A DNA stretch of 64,000 bases from Oculina patagonica. Taxonomy: Eukaryota. Shown here piece by piece: positions 45,906 through 55,912 of the stretch (the stretch's first letter is position 1; each line of letters begins with the position of its first letter). The stretch lies in NCBI RefSeq assembly GCF_052425735.1, contig NC_135758.1:62001-126000 (forward strand), read 5' to 3'. Below the pieces are notes generated by a model. That model was not told the DNA's origin. It searched no databases and worked only from the letters and a program-made list of their open reading frames with translations. Position numbers and translations under genes: made by a program.

Positions 45906-46692
45906 AAATATATTACAATATGTGGGAATGGCTTAAAAAACCGTTAAAAGTCTAGCGTTCTCAAGTTTAATTCAGGTTACTTTGTAATTTCAATTTTTTA
46001 AAAAAGGTGTAACGGAGTTGTTTTCGTCAACACTCGCTTCCTAAATTTAAAGTGAGAAAGTGCGTCCGATACACGGAGATCGCGTTCCTTTGGTCAGCAC
46101 TAAGACAAACACAAACGCTGTGGCAAACATGCGCAGTACGGAGCCGAGGATTGATGCCCAAACAGGAGAGTGAGGTTAGTGGGAGAAGACCACACCACCA
46201 CTGTGATCCCCGGCCGGGGATCACATTACATTTTGGCTTTTCGCGTTTCGTGGTTGTTTCTGATAGTAATAATGTTTTTTTTAGTGTTTTATGTTATGTA
46301 TGTACGCGGTTAGATACAAACACGAAAGTTAGATTGGAAAGATGACGTGTCTGTACAGGCTTGGTTTTTTAAAGTGATACTATCTAAACAATTTACGCCA
46401 AGAGAGCATTTTTATTTTCATCACAGGCAGTTTTCTTGAGTTTTAATTACTCCACCATGCCTATTGCAACTTACACACTTGACCGCCCACTGAGCAGAGG
46501 ATAATGACTGCAGATACATTACATATCAGAAATTTAAAAACAAATACCATTAAGTTATAGGCTTTTAAACTTGAGAGCAAAAGGTAAAGTAATGAACTAT
46601 GTACATATAATTATTATCATACAGCTTGGAAGCATGGCATTCTAAAAAATGTCTGACGTGTGTTGTAGTCTTTAAAGAAATCAGCGATCAGT

Positions 46693-47160
46693 TCAGAAAA
46701 AGAATGGTTTCGTTATTTTAAACAACGCATATGCTGCCACAGTGTCACAAACCAAGGCGCAACCAATCTTGATATAGCGGTACACTCGTGCACTTGTGGT
46801 ATATCGTAAAGCGTTTCGTGCCGATTCAGGAATCTTTTCCTCCCGCGGTGTCGCAGCTTTCTCTTCAGGGAGTCTCTTCACCTTTTCGCTCAACTCTCTA
46901 AAAGCAGAGAAAAGCTTGGCTTGTACTTCTGCGTCTCTCTTCACAATCTCTTTTCTTTCGTCCGCCTTCAGTTGAAATCTTTTTATGTCCGTCCGTGCTT
47001 GCTCGCACATCTCTTCAACATTCTCCAAGTTCTGGAAATACTTTTCAGCTCGGTATTCAAGTTCGCGGAGTTGTCTTTGTAATATGTCAACAGTACTCTC
47101 TTTTTCTTTCGGTGGAGGACAAACTGATTCCATGTGGCCTTTAACAGCAACAGAATCCAT
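46693..47160 (-). CDS. Uncharacterised single-exon coiled-coil protein with hydrophobic C-terminus (155 aa)
   Basis: ATG in AAAATGG-like context (taaATGG), open 155 codons, E/K/R/Q-rich heptad pattern, C-terminal IGCALVCDTVAAYALF; AATAAA on the minus strand at 46411-46416. No family recognised. Confidence 0.6.
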   Translation of the reverse strand: MDSVAVKGHMESVCPPPKEKESTVDILQRQLRELEYRAEKYFQNLENVEEMCEQARTDIKRFQLKADERKEIVKRDAEVQAKLFSAFRELSEKVKRLPEEKAATPREEKIPESARNALRYTTSARVYRYIKIGCALVCDTVAAYALFKITKPFFF

Positions 47161-48642
47161 TTAAACTTTATGATTCTTCTTTCGCTTTTTAAAACGGTGT
47201 TCTTTGTCAGTCGAATTCACGAACTCTTCCCTCTAGTTTGCTAGCAAAAAGCTTTTTACTCTATGTAACATTTGCCTTTACTGACGTAACAATTGAACTG
47301 TGAAAGCGCGCGCTTTTTTTCGACTGGAGGCGCGCGCACACCTATGTAAGAAAGACGGCATACGATTGCGGACACGCGTTGCAACATTGTGCGAAATGTC
47401 TAAATTGAGTGCATCGTGTGCCCTCCACCAGAATTGCTACACCAATATTGCGCACAATTTTGTTCTACTACTGCAGCATTACGAGCGACAGTTTCAACGT
47501 GTCTAAAAATTGCTGCGCACAACGTTGTGGCAATGTTAAAATGTGTATTCTGTATAAGGTCGAGCCGGGGACACACGCTGCAACCAAAAGACGCCAACAT
47601 ACTTTTTAAATTTCTTGAGTAATTGCTTTTGTAAAATATTTAAGCTTCCTAAAATCGGTATTTATGGCTGCGTATGTAATAAAAGGAAGTAAAATTTCTG
47701 TATTTTTTCGGCGTTTTACAGCACGCGAGAGAAGTTGTCAATGTTGCGCAAAATGTTAGAAGTGCGCCACGTCAAGAGAGAGACTGAACTCCTTGTACAA
47801 AACTGCGCGCAGTGTGTTTTTTATAACATCCTGAAAAACTTGCGACTCTATTGTCTAGGGTGCAACCCTAAGATTCGTGCGCTTGCGTTGATCGTCAATT
47901 GCGACGACTTGCGTTCACTTTGGACGGGTTCAAACTGAAATGGCTTTTATTGCAGTTTGCATACATTTGAATGTAAACTTGCGGACTATTTGCAAATTAC
48001 TTGCTCCACCGTTTGACCAGGCCTCAAGGTCGATACACCCTGCAACATTGCACGCAATCAATTGGTCTCAATAGAGCCGAGAAACACGCTGCAACTGCGC
48101 GCCACATTTTCACACGATCTTGCTACAAGCTCAACTATTTCACCCAACAGTGTTATGGCGGCAAGCAAGTTTTGATGTTTACAACAACGTAACCAAAATG
48201 GTGACGGTAGCCTGAACAAAAAGCTAACTAGAATAAACAGCATCTCTTTAGTGCTTTTGCTTTGAGAAGAAAAAATCGAAAAGAAAATCAAATCATTGTG
48301 TTTTGATTGGAGATAAAGGACAGAAAGCAAAAAAAATGGCTGGGAAATTAGTTGAAAGTAGTACTAGATTTCACTTTTACAACTTTGCGCGCAAATTTAG
48401 CCTAACGATTTCAGGAGTGAACACAAGGTGCAATTTAAAGTTCAAAATCACACTTGTTTTTTAACTGTGCAGCGCTGAATTATAAAATATTCTTTTCTCA
48501 AATTCGAAAAGCCATTGTCAGTCACAAACAAGTGTCACAAAATTGTGCAAGAAATTATCAAGGATTGCTTGATTCGGATTCATCCAATTTTTAATTGCTA
48601 CGTGCGAAAATTTCAAAAGATGAGAAAATACATCTTGGCCGT

Positions 48643-48738
48643 CCAATCAACGGTACAGATTGTCTCCGAAGGGACAACATTTTCTAAGAATATAATGCCA
48701 TGAATAAATTGCTCACATGGGTGTGACAGACTATATAA
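48643..48738 (+). promoter_or_regulatory. Candidate CCAAT and TATA boxes of the H1 gene
   Basis: CCAAT at 48643-47 and TATATAA at 48732-38, about 80 nt before the ATG at 48816. Confidence 0.45.
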
Positions 48739-48815
48739 GATTCATTTTTCATGCGATTTACTGTTAAGTTTGTGTCGCTTGTCATTGCTGCTAGTTCGAA
48801 TTGAAACCGTTCAAG

Positions 48816-49562
48816 ATGGCCGAGGAAAGCGAAGTAGTTCTTGCCAAGCCGCTGCCTGTCAATTCCAGACCAGCAAAGCCAAAGAACCCGAAGTACACCG
48901 AAATGATAGAAGAAGCTATCAAGTTTTTCGACGAGAAAGGCGGCTCTTCTCGACAGGCCATAGCAAAGTACATCACAGGAAAGTACCTGGTCGGCGAGAA
49001 AGCAAAGCATCAGATCAAGCTTGCGCTGGTTAAAAGTGTTGCTAGCGGACGTCTCGTGCAAACCAAGGGAGTCGGCGCTTCGGGTTCATTCAAACTTTCG
49101 AAGGAGGTGAAAGAAGAGGCGAGAAAAGAGGAGAAAAAGAGACTAAAACGGGAAAGAAAAGCTTTAAAAGACAAGGAAAATGCTGCGCCTGAAAGTGACA
49201 GTGAGGCAAGCAAGTCTAAAGCAAAGAAATCAAAGAAAGAAGGCAAGGACAGCAGCGAAGATAAGGAGAAAAAGAAAAAGAAAGCGACGACAAAGAAAAC
49301 CAAAGAGAAAGCTTCCAAGGAGTCCGGAGAGAAGAAATCTAAAACTAAATCGAAAAAGTCTAAAGACGAAGCAAACAGCGATGAAGGCGTGAAAGAAAAG
49401 AAGACTAAAAAGCCCGCGGTAAAAGCGAAGACGAGTAAGAAATCTTCTGCTGGAAAGAAAGCAAGCGGTGAAAAGAGCAAGGACCCAACGAAAGTTCCAA
49501 AGCCAAAGAAAACTGCGGAAGCGAAACCGAAAGCGAAAAAACAACTCGCTGCAAAGAACTAG
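48816..49562 (+). CDS. Linker histone H1/H5 family, intronless, 248 aa, polyadenylated type
   Basis: Winged-helix globular domain PKYTEMIEEAI...GGSSRQAIAKYI...QIKLAL...GRLVQTKGVGASGSFKL plus a Lys-rich tail; no histone stem-loop seen; AATAAA at 49902-49907. Confidence 0.93.
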   Translation: MAEESEVVLAKPLPVNSRPAKPKNPKYTEMIEEAIKFFDEKGGSSRQAIAKYITGKYLVGEKAKHQIKLALVKSVASGRLVQTKGVGASGSFKLSKEVKEEARKEEKKRLKRERKALKDKENAAPESDSEASKSKAKKSKKEGKDSSEDKEKKKKKATTKKTKEKASKESGEKKSKTKSKKSKDEANSDEGVKEKKTKKPAVKAKTSKKSSAGKKASGEKSKDPTKVPKPKKTAEAKPKAKKQLAAKN

Positions 49563-50866
49563 AAAGTAAGAATTCAGAATTATTAGAACGTGTATTGTAA
49601 ATAGTTAAATAGTTTTGCTTTTGTTTTTTGATTGCTATTCTAGTACGCCGGATCACACCAAACACTCAATGTAACTGTTATGTTTTCTTTGCATTTTAAA
49701 TCGTTCAATCCAATTTTGAACGCTTCTCAGTTTTTATTCATTTTCTGTAGAAAAATATTTTGCTTTTCATTTTTAATGACTGTTTCATAGAACCGTTTGT
49801 TGTAAATAGTGTAGCGCCACCGAATTATCACATTTATCACAAAAGTTGTTAACAAAGATTAACATTTGTACTATAAAGATCAATTAATTCTCGAACGGTT
49901 CAATAAACACAAGTGTTTAAATTATTTGATTTTGTTTCTTCTATCAGGATTCTTCAACTCTCTATTTTTCACCGATTATGAACTATTTTGTCTTAACTTA
50001 CTGCAAGTGTCATTCACAAGAGCAGCGCAGTGCAATTTTCCAACAAAAACAAAAATTAACTTTGAGACTTGCACCTTGAGCCTAAAGAAAACTTTCATTT
50101 GTGCAAAACAAGCTGGTTATCAAAAAACAGCAAAGAAGGCGTGCGAGATTTTCACGTGCTAAGGGTTCATGAATGTCTTGCTTACCTGACTGATTAATTT
50201 TTTTTTTCGCCCTTCCTTTGAAAAAAGACGAATAGCGAAGCGCGCAAGTGACGTCACTACTCAGACAAGACTCAGACAAACAAACCAAAATGGCGGACGG
50301 TTTTCCTGAAACACTTTCTTAAAAAGCCTGTGTTCTTAAAACACTTTCATGAAACGAAAACTTTGCCTAGATTCCTTCTATTTTTCTCAGAACACGCTGA
50401 TGTTTTCTGCGTTTCGTGGGGGTTATATTCATTTGTATTCTACCAGTTATTATAAGACCTCTCGCGCTTCGCTATTCATCGTGCAGATTTCAGCAAAAGA
50501 AACAACATAGTCTAAACGGTAGCAAAACGATGTTTCTTTCTTGATGTTGGTGAGCGGAAGTCGGCTTGGCTTGGTTAATATATTTGTTTTGAAACGAAGT
50601 CCGTTAGCTTCTTTTAAAATATTAGATTGTCGGGTCAATTGCAAGCATGCCTGAAATTATATTACTAAAAGTCAAGTTTGCCGACATCAACTCTCCAGTA
50701 AAAAAAGAAGAAATATAATTTCTTTCTTTTGTTATATTATTTGTGGAACAAAGCATTAAGCCTGGTTCGCACCAGCAACATAACAGCATGGACATAACAA
50801 CATAAAGAAAAATATATTTTTTATTGTGTCGATATGCTTATGTGAAGATGTTCCTGCTATACTAAT

Positions 50867-51079
50867 AGCCTGGTTTTCACTACATATAGCAACGCAAGCA
50901 CAAGCGCAAGAATAGCAGCTCTTATTTCACCGTGAAAACGGCTTCGATTCAAGCAAAGGCACAAGCGCATTGCAGTTTTATGCTTGTGCTTGTGCTTGCG
51001 GCAAGCACAAGAACAAGGATCAAATTTGTCCTTTTTGCGTGATTGCGCTTGTGCTTGCGTCGCTAGTGAAAACCAGGTT
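50867..51079. mobile_element. Harbinger-like MITE with gcaagcacaag subrepeats
   Basis: agcctggttttcacta / tagtgaaaaccaggtt. Confidence 0.7.
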
Positions 51080-52246
51080 TACAGGGTCATGTAGCAGCTC
51101 TCTCTACTATTTCGTTTTGTTGTGTTGTTCCCACTGGTGACATAAAACATCAATGTAAGGGACCGGTCATTATTTAGAGAGGGAAGGGCAAATCGAGGGA
51201 GGCTATGTTCAAATTCTCCTGACCCTCACGTTTTGTAGAACACAGTTTTTGCTGACCCTCCCCATTCTTACCCACTCACTCCCTAATATGCGTGCATAAA
51301 TTTATGCGGCGCCACTTTTCCCTGCATTGAACCCCCCCCCCCCCCCACCTAGGGAAAATTTGTTCGCTTATGCGAACTGTTACCATGCTTAAACAGCCTT
51401 AGCCTGCTAGGAACGATTTCCCGCACCGCAGAGCACCATACATTAAATATGCATACAAACTATAGCAAAGATATCGTTGACGTCGCTTATTGTTATTAAT
51501 GTGCCAACCAGAAAACTATTGGCTGGCGAAACAAAGAGTTCTTTTGTTCAACTTGTTGGACATTTAAATAACAAAGACAATGTTTGTAAACAGATATCTT
51601 CCCTGTTCAGTACAACCTTTCACAGACAAACGACAGTCATGAACAGAAGGGGAGTTACAAAACTGTACGCAAAATAAATGTATGGTGCTCTGCGGGAATC
51701 TTGCCGTCTCCTCCCCCGTAAAAGTTTTGCGCGCAAAAATTATATTCTTTAGTACCCAACCTGATTCACGATTGAAGTTAACTATGTACGCCTATACGGA
51801 CCTATTTCTTAATCTAGACACAGCAATTAGCATGAGAAAAGGAAAACTGAAAAAGATTCTGGTGGGTTCTGGAAGGTTCAATGACATCACAGAAAAATCG
51901 CCTCTGACGTGCCGAACGAAGTTATCTCTAAGAGCTCGCGGAGTCATTTCGAATCAATTTGACACAAATTCCATTAAAACTTGAAAGTCAAATTCATCAA
52001 GATCCGCAAAAATCTAGACTGAAAAAAAAAATTTGAAAGTAATTCTGAACAGCCCTGAAACGAACGGTCGAACAAGTCGCAGAAGATTAAAAGATGACGT
52101 CACAATCATAATAACGCGCCTCTTTAATGAAAGAACTAATACGTGACTCGCCCATGCGCATGAACGGAGACACACAGGCACATGAAAAAATTACTGGAAA
52201 AATACTGCAAAAGATTTCTGCGGCCAGAATAGAAAGCAGTTTAGCA

Positions 52247-55170
52247 ATGGATAAACAGCATATTATTCCTATTGTAGAACAGAGAACATCGTATGTCGAT
52301 GCCGAACATTCAACGGTAAGTATGTCAAGTATCTGGTTTGGTTTACTCTCCATATGCTTAAGCTTATATTGTGATATTTCAGATGCAAGTTAAACGCCCC
52401 AATCATGGTTTTTACGTTCATTTTCATATGTTAATGCGCCTTATAAAAAGCTGGGGCAATGTTCTCATAACCATTTTAACCATTTAACAATATCTTTATC
52501 CTAAAAAAAGGTGTAATTGTCGGCGTAAAATTGCACCGAAAAAAAAAATTAAGCTTACGCGAAAGTAAAATCTTGCATGTAAATTCAAAAGGAATAGCAT
52601 TTATATTACAAGCGAAGAGTCTTTGAAACAAAACGGATAACGTTTATACATCATTAATCAGGTTTGCCTGGCCTGAAAGAACTGGCTTTCACTGGTTTTG
52701 ATTGTAAGGTATAACACTAGTATCCATTTTTGCAACAATCAAGAAAGTGCGTAACAAATTCTACAGCTCTAAAGCCCTGGCCAAACGGTAACGCAAGTGG
52801 ACACAAGTAGTTGCAAGTTGAACTTGCGTACAAACTTGCGTTGGGTGGCCAAACGGTCTCGCAAGTTTACTCGCAAGTGCACGCACGTTGTCAAAAAAGC
52901 CATTTAAATGCAACTGCGGGCGCTGCAATTCAGTATTTGAAGTAAGCAGCAAAACTTGCGTTGACTTGCGTTGGGTGGCCAAACGGTGAAAAACTTGCGT
53001 GCAAATTTGATCTCGACCAAAGTGAACGCAAGTCATCGCAAGTCAAGGCCAAACGGGGACGCAAGTAAACGCAAGTTTTCAACTTGCGTCCACTCGTGTT
53101 TCCGTTTGGCCAGGCTTTAAAGGCGATGTTATACGGGACAACTTGCAACAACGACTTTTTCGCGGAACAATGTTGCGCGAAAAATCGAACACCGTGTAAA
53201 ATACCGGGATTGATTTTCCGCGCAACTCATTGACTCGGCAACAAGTTGCAAGGTTTTGAACACAAGTAAAAAACCTTGGGTTCAAAAAAGCTCGGTTGCG
53301 CTAAAAAGGACTAAATAATATTTTATTTTTTCAGCTTCGCCAGTATTTGCAGAGTTTTTCTTGTTCGTTTCTTTTTTGTATAATTGTCTTTCTTTTGCCG
53401 GTAACAAAATACCTGGTAATATGGTGGCATAGTTTAAAGCAATTGATCTTATCCCTTTGCATGCAAATCTTTCTTGTTCTTCCTTCTCTTTCTTTTCTAA
53501 GTAATCATCCATTCCATTGCTTTAACTAAACACCGGTTTACGTCATTCAATCGCTGAATAACGTATAATATGTATGTTGTCTAATTACTTGGCAACGTAT
53601 AGTGCCTTGTATCCATGATGCAAAGAGTAACAGGTCACCTGCTGGTTTGAAGGGCAGCATAAATGTTAAAGAATTGAATGTACGGTGATTAGAGCTGCAA
53701 GAAAACTTCACTGTTTGAACGCATTCTGGCATGCCATTTAATCGTTGAAACGACAATATAGTGTGAACTAGAGATCCATTATGTCTAATACTTACCGTTA
53801 AAGGAAAATTAGGGTACGGAGTTCTGTCCTTTCGAGTTATAAATTTTACTCGAACCACTATTATGGATTTCATGGCATTACATTGAAACCAACCACAAAT
53901 GGCTATGCGCAAAAAACTCAACCAAAATGGCCACTATTTGAATTCATTTTTCTAGCAAGTTTTCAGTTAAGGTTCCATTTCCGACAACATTTTTTAACAT
54001 TGATTTCGGTTACGGTTTTTCCTACCTAAAGTTGCTGCGTCTTCCATTTTTGCATGCAGGATTTTCAGGTGGAAATCTCATCGTGTTCGTCAGACGATTT
54101 GTTGAATACGTGTCGCATCTGCAGAGATGAAACAGTTCGCGAATCACTGATCAGCCCGTGTCATTGTTCTGGAACACTTGGAAAGTGTCACGTGCACTGC
54201 CTGGAGGAGTGGCTTTCTAGAGCCAATAAGGACTCTTGTGAAATTTGCGGTCACGTGTATCACACCATGAGACGTCCAAGGTCTTTTAAAGAGGTTAGTT
54301 GAACACGAGTAACTGAAGGAGTTGAATAACCACGACTTTGAAGATTGTTGATGCCTTTGAGGCGTTTTCATTTAGTTTGATTGTCGGAGTCAAAACAGGT
54401 CCACATAGATACGGAGAAATTAAAATTGTTGGAAGAAAACGAGAGAGCGTACGTAAGTCGTGTCATCACGTTCAAACTCAAGGCAACATTTTTTAGATTT
54501 ATATACTGGCTAATGCACGACTTGTGCTGACATCACTACATCTCCCAATAGTGCTTATGGCGGACCCAGTACAATAGGCAGTTTAGCGGAAAACAGCGCA
54601 AAGCGCCATACGCGGGCATCAGGGCAACGAGCAAAGTGTGGTTTGTCTCCCGCCCCGCGCTCGTGTATCGCGCTTTTCTCTTTATCTCGCTACACCTCCT
54701 GTTACGTAGGCTGCACTCCCAGGACTACATATACCACTGGTTTGTCAAGGAGAGTGCCAAGTCCCCTTTTCTAAACAGGCCCTGTACAAGTGCATTGAAT
54801 CTCTCACTTTATTTTACAGTGGTTCATTAAAGGCCGAAGTCGTCATGAGCGGCGCTATCTATTGGGAGACTTGATCTGCTTGCTGATCCTCAGCCCATTG
54901 GTGATTGCGAGCTCGTATCTCTGCGCTAAAGGAGCCTGGCACTACATGATCCTGACCGATACATGGACTGGGGCGGGGTTGATTATTCTAAGCTTGTTTT
55001 TGTGGTGTATATATGGATTCTGGTTGATTGTAACGATACGCTTTCATCAAAAATGCTGGCTTGACTGGCGAGAGCGAAATCATGTAGTAAAACTCGTGAA
55101 AATTGATAGGTTCGATGATATAGAATTAGAAAGCCAAGGAAGCGATGCTTGTATGGAAACTACGGTGTAA
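52247..55170 (+). CDS. Membrane-associated RING-CH E3 ubiquitin ligase, MARCH2/3-like, 3 exons
   Basis: Exons 52247-52315, 54060-54293 (alternative acceptor 54069), 54820-55170; C4HC3 RING CRIC...SPCHCSGT...HVHCLEEWL...CEIC, two TM helices, C-terminal class I PDZ ligand ETTV. First exon less certain. Confidence 0.88.
52773..53117. mobile_element. Harbinger-like MITE with aacttgcg subrepeats
   Basis: TIR around ctggccaaacgg / ccgtttggccag with TAA on both sides. Confidence 0.75.
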
Positions 55171-55720
55171 TCAGAACTGGTTACTTTCCCGAAAAACACC
55201 ATTATCTTATAGGAACGCCATTTGTGTTACGTTCAACATTTCTGCGGTTAATAACCAGACTTGTTTTGTAAATAAATGAACAGGGAGAAGCCCAAGGGCT
55301 AAATAAACAATACTGTCTCAACTTTTCTGGCGTTTATGTTATTATCGAATGGCCGGATGTTTTGTCAGAAAGGTCCACTGTGCCCGGGCCACTGTGACGG
55401 AGGGGGAGGGGGCTTGTTTTAAAAATATGTGTGATCAGGAGACAGTTCAATAGCGGGAAATCTTCGATCGCCTTTTTTACTCACTAGGGGAGATACAAAC
55501 CAAACTCAAAAGATTCCATAAATTTAAAAAAGATATAACACGTTTTTACTTAAGTTATCATGATTAAAATAAAAAGTATGATTTTGAATCCCTACTTTTG
55601 TTAAATGTTGGACAACACGCCCGGTTGAAACAAATCAAAAATCAGAATCGGCTAAATTAAAACCTTAATATAAAGACAGTCGGAAGACATTAGCATGTGG
55701 CATGTTAAGGCATTTTTTTT

Positions 55721-55802
55721 TATACAAATCTGATAGCAATATCCATATATTTTTAAAACATATGGATATAAAACATATGGATATTGCTATCAGATTTGTA
55801 TA
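55721..55802. repeat. Perfect 28-bp inverted repeat with an internal 15-bp tandem duplication
   Basis: tatacaaatctgatagcaatatccatat (55721-48) / atatggatattgctatcagatttgtata (55775-802); aaaacatatggatat twice (55755-69, 55770-84). Confidence 0.9.
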
Positions 55803-55912
55803 TTAAATAGTGGCAAATCAGACTTGCCAGGCTCTTCTCGGTCTCTCAGCCGGTGAAGCCCAGGCACTAGTAAATAAAATCATTACCAGTCCTCATTGGT
55901 AATCAAACAAAC

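Noticed and set aside
46160-46200. ggagagtgaggttag resembling U6atac snRNA
   Set aside because: The downstream U6atac core (GACAAGGATGGAAG-like) and the conserved 5' end are absent.
49010-49665. Long Phe/Leu-rich minus-strand ORFs
   Set aside because: Antisense shadows of the Lys-rich H1 codons; the same applies to 28420-28773 opposite RPS6.
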